Shown here: in pieces, positions 44,984-55,018 of the stretch
Layout of the letters: each line of letters opens with the position of its first letter
Numbering within the stretch: the first letter of the stretch is position 1
Virus record (IMG/VR): IMGVR_UViG_3300043466_003414
Reading direction: 5' to 3' (one strand)
Source: an uncultured virus (IMG/VR IMGVR_UViG_3300043466_003414)
Taxonomy: Duplodnaviria; Heunggongvirae; Uroviricota; Caudoviricetes
DNA: 64,000 bases
Program-made: the position numbers and the translations under genes
Notes under the pieces: generated by a model
Told to the model about the DNA's origin: nothing
The model's database searches: none
Seen by the model: the letters and a program-made list of their open reading frames with translations, nothing else

Positions 44984-45529
44984 TTATTCTATTTTACCGA
45001 ATCCTAAAATATTTCTAACTCTAGTTACATTACGCTTCATTTTACCCAGATATTGTTGTCTTGTCGTTAAAGGGTCATAACCAGCATCATGAATCAATAA
45101 AATTTGTTCTTCTGGACTTTTAGCATTTAATCTTGCTTTTTCGTATCTTTTTGATTTTAGATTATCAATATATCCTTTTACTCCTTCTTCATAATTTTTC
45201 CATTTTGCCCATTTTCCAGTTGAAGATTGGTAAAAATCTTTATGAATATTTGAATTATATCTAACACCGCCAAAATTATTACCATTCATGAAAATATTGC
45301 TTCTTCCAAAAAAACTTTCGGTAATAGACATAGGTATTACAGCACTCAAGAATAAACCGCTACCCTTTACTTCTTTTGCAAAAAGTTTCCCATATTTGGC
45401 TATAAAATACTTAACTTTTGCATCAGGTTCTCCCATAGTAGAAAATGTACTATATGGCAATGAATCCATATACTTGATTAACTGTTCATTAGTTAATTTT
45501 TCTAATTCCGCTTTTGTTTTTACAGCCAT
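44984..45529 (-). CDS. GH73/glucosaminidase-like peptidoglycan hydrolase
   Basis: ITESFFGRS...NNFGGV...AGYDP. Confidence 0.75.
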   Translation of the reverse strand: MAVKTKAELEKLTNEQLIKYMDSLPYSTFSTMGEPDAKVKYFIAKYGKLFAKEVKGSGLFLSAVIPMSITESFFGRSNIFMNGNNFGGVRYNSNIHKDFYQSSTGKWAKWKNYEEGVKGYIDNLKSKRYEKARLNAKSPEEQILLIHDAGYDPLTTRQQYLGKMKRNVTRVRNILGFGKIE

Positions 45530-45537
45530 TTTATTTA

Positions 45538-45972
45538 TTATCTATTGTTCCTAAAATAATTTATTGCTCCCAAACTTCCAACAAGCAATAAACCACCGAA
45601 AATCCAACCAGCAATATTTGTAGAAGATTCTTTTTCCTCTTTAGGTTTTTCTTCCCCTTTCGGTTTTTCTTCCTCTTTCGGTTTTTCTTCTCCTTTTGGT
45701 TTTTCTTCTCCTTTTGGTTTTTCTTCTCCTGCTTTTGCTTTTGCTTCAATTAATGATTCTAAATCCTCAATTAAATCTTCCTTATAATCTTCGATATAAT
45801 CGACTATTTCTTGGTGCGATTCTTTTAATTCCTCATCATCTGGACTGGCATCTAAATCCTTTTTAGCTACCGCTAACCTAGTTTCAAGGTTATTCAATCC
45901 ATCTAATCTTTTAGCAATCGTTGGCGTTACTTTGTTTTCTAATTTTTCTAATAATTCTGCAATTTTATCCAT
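45538..45972 (-). CDS. coiled-coil protein with EEKPK repeats and C-terminal TM
   Basis: Five (G/E)EEKPK units; own TATATTTG promoter at 46004-46011. Confidence 0.7.
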   Translation of the reverse strand: MDKIAELLEKLENKVTPTIAKRLDGLNNLETRLAVAKKDLDASPDDEELKESHQEIVDYIEDYKEDLIEDLESLIEAKAKAGEEKPKGEEKPKGEEKPKEEEKPKGEEKPKEEKESSTNIAGWIFGGLLLVGSLGAINYFRNNR

Positions 45973-46037
45973 TTTTTGTTGTTTTTTTAAGTTAATTAAT
46001 TTACAAATATAATAAATTATTATTTACAATATATTTT

Positions 46038-46505
46038 TTAAAAAATTTTATATTCTAATACTATTCCATAACCAGATGGTTTGTTAGGCTGGATAAAGTA
46101 TTGACCGCCAACTTTTAATTTAGAATATTCAATTAGAACCCTACCATAAAGATAAGGGTCAACCATATCAAACCTTAAAGTTTCAACCCCTAAATAGCCA
46201 TGAATTTGTGGTTTTTTCCACCAGCCAATAGCTTTGTCTTGTATAGTAATTATTTGGTCTTTTTTACTAGATATACTATCTTTTATTTTGATTATTTCAA
46301 CTAGCTCATCGTTTTGCTCTTGTAGGTTTTTAATTTCCTCGTCTTTGAGTATCAATAGCTTTTTACAAATATCCCCTTGAACCAAATCCTTAACTACTTC
46401 CCTAGCGGTTTTTTCATTCAATACTATCTTTTTGATTGTATCGTTTTGAGAAAAACTCTTGAAGCTTACTAAAAGCAATAGTATCAATAATTTTAATCGT
46501 GTCAT
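46038..46505 (-). CDS. spanin-like outer component
   Basis: Signal peptide, coiled coil, C-terminal beta strands ending in Phe; overlaps the upstream gene. Confidence 0.5.
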   Translation of the reverse strand: MTRLKLLILLLLVSFKSFSQNDTIKKIVLNEKTAREVVKDLVQGDICKKLLILKDEEIKNLQEQNDELVEIIKIKDSISSKKDQIITIQDKAIGWWKKPQIHGYLGVETLRFDMVDPYLYGRVLIEYSKLKVGGQYFIQPNKPSGYGIVLEYKIF

Positions 46506-46764
46506 GTTGTAGTTGAATTAATGTTTTTTGTTTTTCTATTATAGTGTTTCTACCTAGTTGTAAGCTTTCAAACTTATCCCAATGTAGTTTTTCCTTTTGC
46601 TCAAGTGCTTCAATTTCTTTTTCAAGTCGTTGCTTCTCTTTTTTCAAGTCATTATTTTCTCCTATTCCGTAAAATAGGAATAGGATAAATAATGCGATTA
46701 GTAAGCTACCTAACCATTGTTGCTTTATGAAATTAACTATATGGAACATAACTTGTTTTTCCAC
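46414..46764 (-). CDS. spanin-like inner component
   Basis: N-terminal TM plus coiled coil, directly after the endolysin. Confidence 0.5.
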   Translation of the reverse strand: MEKQVMFHIVNFIKQQWLGSLLIALFILFLFYGIGENNDLKKEKQRLEKEIEALEQKEKLHWDKFESLQLGRNTIIEKQKTLIQLQHDTIKIIDTIAFSKLQEFFSKRYNQKDSIE

Positions 46765-47200
46765 CTTGCTTAATTGCTTTCAAAACTTGCTTGCGTTGTT
46801 TTCCAGTTGATTCATAAGAAACATGAACCCAGTCGGGATTAGCACTTGTTCCAAACTCAAAAATTAATTGGTCAAAAGACAAATTATTTTTTATATAGTC
46901 AAAAACTTGCTTATTGGTTATACCACTTGCACTACCATCCATGTCAATATCAATAGCTTCGCCAGTACAATGTTGAGAAGTTAAACTACCTCCAATTGCT
47001 TTATTTAGCTCTTTGCTTCTATAACCACTACTTATGTGTATTGGTACTTTAAAATGCTCTCTAATTGGCTCAAAAACCTTTTCGGCAAGCAACTTAAAGT
47101 TTTCTAAATGTTCTGGGGTTGGCATATTGCTAACACCCTTTCTTTTTGCTGTTTCGCTTCGTGTAACTTCGGCAAGCGATAAATGTTTACTCAATTGCAT
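46733..47200 (-). CDS. peptidase M15 endolysin
   Basis: SSGYRS..LN..IGGS..SQH..GEAID...WVHVSY. Confidence 0.88.
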   Translation of the reverse strand: MQLSKHLSLAEVTRSETAKRKGVSNMPTPEHLENFKLLAEKVFEPIREHFKVPIHISSGYRSKELNKAIGGSLTSQHCTGEAIDIDMDGSASGITNKQVFDYIKNNLSFDQLIFEFGTSANPDWVHVSYESTGKQRKQVLKAIKQGGKTSYVPYS

Positions 47201-47444
47201 CTTTTTCTTCGTTTTTATTGTTTTTATTAAAAATTTTACCTGCGGTAGCTATACCAAAAACTACCGATGTTAGCATTAAAAAACCATTGAAAATAAATTC
47301 CTCAATTACTAATTTAACACCCCATATTCCAGTAATAATATCTACTAGAAATGCAAGTACCATCATAAAAAAAGAAATTACACCCACAAATGATTTTTCA
47401 TTTATGCTATTGTTGTCGCTGATTAATTCTCTCCAAAATCCCAT
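47187..47444 (-). CDS. holin
   Basis: Two TM helices, charged C-terminus, directly before the endolysin. Confidence 0.65.
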   Translation of the reverse strand: MGFWRELISDNNSINEKSFVGVISFFMMVLAFLVDIITGIWGVKLVIEEFIFNGFLMLTSVVFGIATAGKIFNKNNKNEEKDAIE

Positions 47445-47446
47445 AA

Positions 47447-47830
47447 TTATTTTATTGTGTCTATGACTGTTATTGAATCCTTATTTTTACCTAAAACCTT
47501 ATCAAAAAAACTTCTTTTTTTAGGGAATTTATACTCTTTAATTTTATCGTTTGCCACTTGTAAACAATCCTTAACCATAACCAATTCGTCTTTAACTAAA
47601 ACCAGTTCCTTATTAAGTTTTTTGTTGTCAACTTTTAAAGTTTGTTTTTCATAAATAACTTCGTCAACGGAAATTTTGAATCCATCAACCATTTCTAATA
47701 AGCTATCTACTTTCTCTGTGTCTTGGTAGTCTAAAACAACTTCTTCTTGAATAGGTTTTTGTAATACTTCTTTATCATTGCATGAAAGCAATAAAAAAGA
47801 TAATGCTAATGTTATAATGTATTTTTTCAT
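47447..47830 (-). CDS. lipoprotein with coiled coil
   Basis: MKK...LLLSC lipobox. Confidence 0.65.
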   Translation of the reverse strand: MKKYIITLALSFLLLSCNDKEVLQKPIQEEVVLDYQDTEKVDSLLEMVDGFKISVDEVIYEKQTLKVDNKKLNKELVLVKDELVMVKDCLQVANDKIKEYKFPKKRSFFDKVLGKNKDSITVIDTIK

Positions 47831-48090
47831 TATTTCAATCCTTTTATTTCGTTTAACATTTCTAATTTAGCACCAGCTCTAGCTAAAGTACTATCCGACT
47901 TTCTTAATCTTTCGTCTAACAAATCAACTTTTTTAGTTAATTGTTCTACGTTAACTCCACATTTTTCAATTTGAGAAGTATAATTCATTTTGTTATCAAC
48001 ATAAAGATAACCTACTGCTATTAATACTAAAAACAGCAATCCTTTTACTGGGTCTTTAGCAAAGTCCTTAAAACTTATTGGCATTTCCAT
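47830..48090 (-). CDS. membrane protein with coiled coil (lysis block)
   Basis: FAKDPVKGLLF TM. Confidence 0.6.
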   Translation of the reverse strand: MEMPISFKDFAKDPVKGLLFLVLIAVGYLYVDNKMNYTSQIEKCGVNVEQLTKKVDLLDERLRKSDSTLARAGAKLEMLNEIKGLK

Positions 48091-48152
48091 ATTTTAATTT
48101 TTTTTTAAAATCAAGGCGTTAATATCTTTACTAACACCTTGAATAGTTATTA

Positions 48153-51100
48153 TTATTTTTTTCTCATTTGCTCGTTAGCACGTTTCAATGCACTCGCCCA
48201 ACTTTCTCCTTCTTTACGAATTTGTTTAGCTAATACCATTGCACCACCTCGCTTGGTTGTACCACCACCAGACATTTTACTATCGTATTTTGCTTTTTGG
48301 CTACCAGCTATCTTATTACCTACTTCTTTTGCTTCGGCTTTGTCGTAAACCTTTCCATACTCTTTTTGGTATTTTGGTTCTACTTTTTTGCCTTCAAAAT
48401 TTTTGGCTATTGCGGTTGCTTTCTCTTTGAAAGTGGTTTTGCCACCGACTTCAAATTTAGAGAAAGGTTTAAATAAACCTCTTTCATCTATTTCTTTTTG
48501 AGTAGATGGTGCAACTTTTGATTTTGATTGGTGTTTGAATTTTAAAGGATTATATACCTCTAATTCTGTAATACTTACGTTACCATCTGCATCTGTTTTA
48601 ACCTCTCCTTTTTCTTCTGCAATTCTTACTATACCAACGCTTTTTGTTCTTTTATTGTAAACTAAATCATCTACTTTAAATTTTGGTTTTTTGGCTAATG
48701 AAACTTTATTTTTAAAACCATCCAAAGCACTTTTTTTAACCCAATATCCATTAGAAGGCTTTAGCTTATCTCCATCTTCCATTACAACTTCTTTAATATA
48801 TCTTTTAGCAAAATAAGTATGGTCGTTTTTCAATTTACCGCCACCATCATACAAGTTCACTCCATTAAGGACATCTTTAGACGAAAGCACTATTTCTTTA
48901 CCATCTTTAACAATAGTAATTGTTGAAATTTTATCTTTAGCTACATAATTAGTTGATTTTGATTTTGAACCACCAGAAAGAGAAATTATTTTTGGATTAG
49001 AAACATAATTTCTATATTTTGGGTCTTTAAATCTATCTTCTCTCCATGCTTTTTCGGTTTTTGTGATTTCTGGGTCATAGTAACCATTCCAAACTAAAAA
49101 CTCATTGAATAAATGCCAATTTTCATCGGTATAAAAGTCATAGTCCTCTTGGTCAAAACTACCTTTACCAACTTCCTCTTTTTGTAGCATTTCTTGAACA
49201 CCTTCAGCATAAGCTTTTAGCAATTTATCGCTATTTCTTATATCAGCACCAGAATTAGCACCAATTTTATCCCAAACATCCCCTTCTTTTTGTCCTAATT
49301 TTTCAAGGTATTCGTTTCTTTTTTTTCTAAACGATTTACCAACACCTCCACCAGTTGCATAACTATAAACTATAATTCTTTCTTTTGGAACGCTATATCT
49401 GTTTCCGTTTTTCTTTCCTCTTAAACGGTAGTTACCATTTTTGATTTCTTCAACCACAAAAACATCTAAATTATCTTTATGGTATTCCGAATCAAATTTT
49501 AACCCTACTTCTTGACCTTTGACAATTTCCCCACCTTTAGCAAATTGAACTTTTTGCTCATCGGTTAATACTTCAGTTGGTTTATTATCAACACCTCTAA
49601 CTGTACGCATTTGAAAAGCATCTATTGTACCACCATCTGCAAACATTTCGCCACTTGACATAGCACCAGTTTCTCCAACAAGTCCAGTATAAGAAATTCC
49701 TAAATCTCTACCTAGTGGAGTTTCTGGATTTCCAATAATTGTACCACCATCGGCATATCCATACCCTCGTCTTTTTGGCTTGTCTTTTGCATAACGAACT
49801 TCATAGTCTTGACCATGATTTACAAATCTTCTTTCTGTAGTTCTTCCGCCTTTGTCAAAAGGTAATGGCGGTTCAGCACCTCTATAACCATTTGCTAAAT
49901 TAACGTAAACAATATCGCCAGTTCTAGTTTTTACTTTTTGTACCCCACCAGACATGGTTTTGATAATTTGGTCGCCTTGTTTTAATCCATGATTACCTAG
50001 TGAACCACCTTCTGCATAAATACCAGCTTGAAAATCTCCAAAGTTAGGGTCTGTTAAATAACCATCTACAAGTGAGCCACCTTGTTCAAAAATTCCAGCA
50101 CTTGCTCCTTCTCCTAAATAATAGTTTACAAATTGTTGTTCAGCACCAGCTGGTAAACCAGTTGAGCCACCATCCATAAACATTTCGCCACTTGACATTG
50201 CACCAGTTTCTCCAACAAGTCCAGTATAGTGCATATCCAAACCTCTTGCAAGTGGAGTTTCGGGAGTTCCGATAATTGCACCACCATCGGCATATTTTAA
50301 ATACTGTTTACCAACAAGTCCACTCAACTTCGTTGCTTTACCAATAGTCATAACTTCATTAGTTTCTCCATCAATTTTTGGCAACAATGATTTTAGTTTT
50401 TCTGCTTTTGCTTTTGTGGTTGGTTTTGACATTACAAATCCCCCACCTTTTTCGCTTTTAGCAATAACTACATATCCACCACCAGCATAACCACCATCGG
50501 CTAAATAAATTTTATCGTCAAAACTAGGAGCAAGTCTATCAGTTCTATTATCACGATTTTCGTAATATACTCTACCTCCTTCAGATTCTCCATATTGGTT
50601 TTTCCAACCTTTTTTAGATATTCTTCTACCTTTCGGTAAAGCTTCAATTTTAGAATCTTTTTTTACTGAAGTTCCAGACAAGCCTTCTAATTCTTTTCTA
50701 CGCTTAATGAAAGCCAATAACTTATCGGTTTCGCTTTTCATTTTTTTAGTAGTATCTTCCTTTTCGGTTTCCATTACTTTTTTAGCACGAGCTTTAGCAT
50801 CTTCCCAACTTTCATCGGCTTTACGAATTTCTTTTGCTATTGAAAAAATGGTTCTTTTACCACCAGCTTCTTTTTTAGCTTTTTTTGGTTTTTTGGTTTC
50901 ACTTTTTGGCTCTTTTTTTACAACCTCTTTTTTGGCTTTAGGCTCTTGCTTTTTTGATTCTCCCTTAATTGCTTGAGGATTGGTAGCTTTTAGTTTTGTA
51001 ATAATATTATCTAATGCACTATCAACCTTATCCAATGCTTTTTGGTCTGTAATTGTAAAATCTTTGGTAGCTGTCTTAATTTTACCAAGAATTTCTTTTT

Positions 51101-51155
51101 GATTTTCGCTTAATTGACTTTGGTCAATGCTTTCAAATTTTTGTTTTATACTCAT
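48153..51155 (-). CDS. 1000-aa modular protein punctuated by about 13 [FYLM]xxGG motifs (putative virion-core polyprotein)
   Basis: LADGG, YADGG x2, FMDGG, FEQGG, YAEGG, FDKGG, FADGG, FAKGG, YATGG, YDGGG, FEVGG, MSGGG. Confidence 0.7.
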   Translation of the reverse strand: MSIKQKFESIDQSQLSENQKEILGKIKTATKDFTITDQKALDKVDSALDNIITKLKATNPQAIKGESKKQEPKAKKEVVKKEPKSETKKPKKAKKEAGGKRTIFSIAKEIRKADESWEDAKARAKKVMETEKEDTTKKMKSETDKLLAFIKRRKELEGLSGTSVKKDSKIEALPKGRRISKKGWKNQYGESEGGRVYYENRDNRTDRLAPSFDDKIYLADGGYAGGGYVVIAKSEKGGGFVMSKPTTKAKAEKLKSLLPKIDGETNEVMTIGKATKLSGLVGKQYLKYADGGAIIGTPETPLARGLDMHYTGLVGETGAMSSGEMFMDGGSTGLPAGAEQQFVNYYLGEGASAGIFEQGGSLVDGYLTDPNFGDFQAGIYAEGGSLGNHGLKQGDQIIKTMSGGVQKVKTRTGDIVYVNLANGYRGAEPPLPFDKGGRTTERRFVNHGQDYEVRYAKDKPKRRGYGYADGGTIIGNPETPLGRDLGISYTGLVGETGAMSSGEMFADGGTIDAFQMRTVRGVDNKPTEVLTDEQKVQFAKGGEIVKGQEVGLKFDSEYHKDNLDVFVVEEIKNGNYRLRGKKNGNRYSVPKERIIVYSYATGGGVGKSFRKKRNEYLEKLGQKEGDVWDKIGANSGADIRNSDKLLKAYAEGVQEMLQKEEVGKGSFDQEDYDFYTDENWHLFNEFLVWNGYYDPEITKTEKAWREDRFKDPKYRNYVSNPKIISLSGGSKSKSTNYVAKDKISTITIVKDGKEIVLSSKDVLNGVNLYDGGGKLKNDHTYFAKRYIKEVVMEDGDKLKPSNGYWVKKSALDGFKNKVSLAKKPKFKVDDLVYNKRTKSVGIVRIAEEKGEVKTDADGNVSITELEVYNPLKFKHQSKSKVAPSTQKEIDERGLFKPFSKFEVGGKTTFKEKATAIAKNFEGKKVEPKYQKEYGKVYDKAEAKEVGNKIAGSQKAKYDSKMSGGGTTKRGGAMVLAKQIRKEGESWASALKRANEQMRKK

Positions 51156-51167
51156 GATTTTTCTTTT

Positions 51168-52061
51168 TTAAAAAGTGTCGTTTATTTGTTCTAAAAAGTC
51201 ATCTGAAAAAACATCGTCTAATTCGTCTAAAAACGATAGGTCTGCTTCTTCTTCAGTCTTAATTGGTTCTACTATTTTTTGTTCTATTTTTTTGACTTTT
51301 TTACCAGTTTCTAATTTGTTGTTTATAATATCATTAACGATATTCATAAACTCTCTGGTTTTGTCATACAAATTTTCGTCAACTTCCCTAATTTTTTGTA
51401 TTTCGCTACCATTTGTTTCTAAAATAGTGTCTATAAAAACGTTTTTAGTAGCTTTTAACGACATATTTTTTTGATTGTTAACCTTTGTTATGTAAAGTGC
51501 TATTTCTCTTTCTGTTGGTCTTTTTTCAATAACCAAAATATCATCTTTAAAATCGTTTGCATCTACTAAAGGAAACATTATTTCACTATCATATTTTCCG
51601 CTTTGAAAATTATCATTAATTTTTTCATTAATTTGATAATCGGTTAATTTTCCTTGAAATAAAGATTTGTAGTCGTCTGCGATTTTACTTGGATTCAACA
51701 ATAATGGAGTGGGAATATTCCATTGTGCATAGGTATTTACTATAAATCCTAAAACATCATAAGTAAGTCCAGCATAATCTACTATTTCTCCAACGTGTAA
51801 TTCTGTATCAAATCTTTGTAAAATACCTCCATCTCTAGCAATATTTTCTATTATCCTATCTTCGCTCAAAATAAAAAATGGTCTTGTACCTTTAAATTGA
51901 GTTATATCTTTAAAAGTAAAGGCTTCTATTAAAGCACCAGTATTTATTTTTTGCGAAGAAACATCTTTATAGTCCATGCACAAATACAATTTTTTATAGT
52001 CAGAAATTTTCTTTAAGACTATATAATTTGAATTTTGCGGTATAATTCTTTCTAAATTCAT
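51168..52061 (-). CDS. hypothetical protein with acidic DLSFLDELD tail
   Basis: Operonic ORF. Confidence 0.65.
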   Translation of the reverse strand: MNLERIIPQNSNYIVLKKISDYKKLYLCMDYKDVSSQKINTGALIEAFTFKDITQFKGTRPFFILSEDRIIENIARDGGILQRFDTELHVGEIVDYAGLTYDVLGFIVNTYAQWNIPTPLLLNPSKIADDYKSLFQGKLTDYQINEKINDNFQSGKYDSEIMFPLVDANDFKDDILVIEKRPTEREIALYITKVNNQKNMSLKATKNVFIDTILETNGSEIQKIREVDENLYDKTREFMNIVNDIINNKLETGKKVKKIEQKIVEPIKTEEEADLSFLDELDDVFSDDFLEQINDTF

Positions 52062-52063
52062 AT

Positions 52064-53650
52064 TTAAGGTATTAATTCGTTTAATATAGCTAGATTTTTG
52101 GCTCTATCCTCTCTAACCTTATCTTGTTCCTCTTTTGTGTCCAATTGAATTTGAACTCTTAATTGATTATCATAATCTTTTTGAGATATTTTACCACTAT
52201 CTAACTCCTCTTTCAACTTACTTGGCGTTTTACTTTGTATTTCGCTTGTAGTAGAATAAACATTAGTCAAAATGTTTTGTAAATAGTTTTTAATCTCATA
52301 ATCAGACTTATTTTTAGACTTCAAACGTTTAATAATTTCTTGCATTATTATTCTTGGTGTTTTACTCAAATTAAGCTGTATGTAATCCATGTTTGAATAA
52401 AAACCATCTATAATTCTTTCCTCAATGCTTGCTTCATTTATTTCCTCATTAGGGTTGCTTTCAACTCCTCCATAAATCATTAATCTTTTATCAACAACTT
52501 GACTTGGAAATTCTCCAGTTTTTATTTTGTAATCTACAACATTTCTTATGCTTGGTAAAACAACCTCTTTAAAATCTTTATAATAACTTTGAGAAGTGTC
52601 TGGTCTTACATTATTAGAATTAATCAAACTAAAATTATGTCCGACTGAACCATTAAACAAATGGTATCTAAAAAATCTTGGGTCTGCCGAAAAAACAGCA
52701 AGTTTATTTACATCGGTTGTTTCTCCATAATCTTTTACCTTGAAAGCTAAAGAAATATTTTCTTGAGTAGCATTTTGTCTTTGATTATAAACAGCAAAAA
52801 TTCTTACTCTAACACCACTTTTTTCTAGCAATCTACCTAAAATAATACTTGGAATTGCTCTAATTAGCATTTGTTCTGGGTCAAAATTAGCATTACCCCC
52901 AATTGGAATATATAAATCAACATAAGGAGCAACACCACCGCCTTTTTTCTCTCTAAATGCGTAAACTTTTTTATTTGTAGAGGTAAAACGTAGCCTATTA
53001 CCCTTGCACTCGTTTACTATTTTACCATTATCATCGTATGGTAAAAATAATTTAGAGTTTTCGTCATATTTTATTTCTAAAAAAGGACAAGATTCAACCA
53101 TTTTAGTTGTACCCTCTTGTCGTCTTTGAACTTCATACTCCTCATCTTCTAACAGATAATAAAAAAAGTCTTTCCCATATTCTTTTTTAAGGAACACATT
53201 TTCTGCTTTTATAAGCTTTTTTTCATGAAATGAATAAAATTCAACTGGTCTAATTAAGCCTTTTGATGCTTGAGAAAACGAAAATACACCAATTGGTTTA
53301 TCGGTAAATTTTATTCTTGCTGGTTTGCTATCTTTACCTAAATCAAGCTTGGCATTAATCTCTGAAAAAACTCCTTCAAATTCATTAATTAAGTCTTGGT
53401 CTATAAAAGACCCTAACATATTTACATCGAATTGTTCGGCTACACTTAAATTAGAACTTGAATTATATCCACCCCAATTGTAAGGTTTATTCCTCGCTTT
53501 TGTGGTATTTGGCTCTCCAGAATTAATAGCTCTACTTTCTGAAAAATAAATACCTAAATTATTTTTCAAAGCAAGGTCTATCCCTTCCCTTATAAATTCA
53601 TAAGGGTCAAGTCCAAATTTTATATAATTTTTTAAATAACTAAAAGCCAT
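52064..53650 (-). CDS. vWA-like partner of the MoxR ATPase
   Basis: YVDLYIPIGGNA...LLEKSGVRVRIFAV...VKDYGE...DPRFFR; adjacent to the AAA+ gene. Confidence 0.55.
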   Translation of the reverse strand: MAFSYLKNYIKFGLDPYEFIREGIDLALKNNLGIYFSESRAINSGEPNTTKARNKPYNWGGYNSSSNLSVAEQFDVNMLGSFIDQDLINEFEGVFSEINAKLDLGKDSKPARIKFTDKPIGVFSFSQASKGLIRPVEFYSFHEKKLIKAENVFLKKEYGKDFFYYLLEDEEYEVQRRQEGTTKMVESCPFLEIKYDENSKLFLPYDDNGKIVNECKGNRLRFTSTNKKVYAFREKKGGGVAPYVDLYIPIGGNANFDPEQMLIRAIPSIILGRLLEKSGVRVRIFAVYNQRQNATQENISLAFKVKDYGETTDVNKLAVFSADPRFFRYHLFNGSVGHNFSLINSNNVRPDTSQSYYKDFKEVVLPSIRNVVDYKIKTGEFPSQVVDKRLMIYGGVESNPNEEINEASIEERIIDGFYSNMDYIQLNLSKTPRIIMQEIIKRLKSKNKSDYEIKNYLQNILTNVYSTTSEIQSKTPSKLKEELDSGKISQKDYDNQLRVQIQLDTKEEQDKVREDRAKNLAILNELIP

Positions 53651-55017
53651 TATTTGATTTTGTCTTTAGTAGTTTGCTCAAATTGTTTAATTAGCATTTC
53701 TGCTTCTTTTTTATCAGTATCAGTCGTTAAATCTGCAAGCGATAATTTGTTTTTTTGGTCGATTAAATCGTAAAATTCATTAGTATTTACTTCTGAATTT
53801 AAAACTGAACGTTGTTGCTCGGTAAATAAATCTAAAAATGTTTTTACAGCAATTTGTAAAGTTTTAGGTTGAGAAATTTTGTTAGAACCTTGCATTTCGT
53901 TTAATCTATAAGCAATATATGTATCACGCATAGAAACCATTAACCTTTGAGAAACAAATGCTCTACCGCTATAATTATTTTTTTCAATAGCTGTTCTTAA
54001 CTTGAATAAAAAGTTAAATATAAATGTAAAAGAAGTTATTTCATCTCCTACTTTTATGTTAGACATGATATTGTCTAATTCGTATTGTGGGTCGATAATT
54101 AACTCGTATGTACTACCAGCAAATCGGTCTTGCAAAGACAAATCTTGCTTGAAGTTAGCTTCATAGTTTACATCAGCTTCATTCAACAAAGAGTTACCAG
54201 TTGCTATAACAAATATGTTTTTCTTTGAAATAACTTGACCTCTACCATTTGTAATTGTAGGCATTATTTCTCTACCACTTTCACTTCTTTCAATTGGGTC
54301 TTTTATTTTTGACAAACCATCATTTAAAACCCCTGCTGTATTTGGGTCTAACTTTGGCAACTCATCTAGCAACAATAAAGCACCAGAATAAGGTTTTCCA
54401 GTATTTGCATTTATTTCATTAGCATCCCATAAATTACCAAAAGCATAAGTTAATCTACCCTCTTGATAACCCTCAATTGTTTGTCCACCGACAATATCTA
54501 ATGGAGAAGTAAATTGGTTACAATTCAAAGTAACTAATTTATAGTTCAAAGCTTTTGCTATTTGACCAGCTATAAAGGTTTTTCCAGTACCAGCACCACC
54601 ATATAAATAAACATTGTTACCAGCTTCAAAGTCAGATAAAACTATGTCAAAAATCTTTCTTTTTTTACCATCAGAAGTTTTAACTTTTACATTTTGCCAG
54701 TTTACGATTTGAACAGTTTGTGTTTTTCCAATTAAGTCTAAAATACTTGAATCCAAGTTCTTTTTACCTATTTTAAGGGTCTTAAACCTATCAGTAAGTA
54801 TTTCTTCTACTTTTTGTTTATCAACTCCAGCATTTGCAAGTTTTTCAATTGATTTGTTAAACTCTTTTACCGCAAACAATATATCATTATCTACACCTTG
54901 ACTTTCATCTTCGGTTTCAAGTGCTAATATTTTGTCAAGTTGCATTTGTGCATCTGCTTTTATATCCGCTTCAATGTTCGGATTATTAATAATTTCTAAT
55001 AATTGTTCTTTTTTCAT
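53650..55017 (-). CDS. MoxR/CbbQ-type AAA+ ATPase
   Basis: GGAGTGKT, LLLDE, VIATGN, DLSLQDRF, SQR. Confidence 0.85.
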   Translation of the reverse strand: MKKEQLLEIINNPNIEADIKADAQMQLDKILALETEDESQGVDNDILFAVKEFNKSIEKLANAGVDKQKVEEILTDRFKTLKIGKKNLDSSILDLIGKTQTVQIVNWQNVKVKTSDGKKRKIFDIVLSDFEAGNNVYLYGGAGTGKTFIAGQIAKALNYKLVTLNCNQFTSPLDIVGGQTIEGYQEGRLTYAFGNLWDANEINANTGKPYSGALLLLDELPKLDPNTAGVLNDGLSKIKDPIERSESGREIMPTITNGRGQVISKKNIFVIATGNSLLNEADVNYEANFKQDLSLQDRFAGSTYELIIDPQYELDNIMSNIKVGDEITSFTFIFNFLFKLRTAIEKNNYSGRAFVSQRLMVSMRDTYIAYRLNEMQGSNKISQPKTLQIAVKTFLDLFTEQQRSVLNSEVNTNEFYDLIDQKNKLSLADLTTDTDKKEAEMLIKQFEQTTKDKIK

Positions 55018-55018
55018 T

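Noticed and set aside
45640..45735. 18-bp tandem repeat as a regulatory element
   Set aside because: Encodes the (G/E)EEKPK linker of 45538..45972
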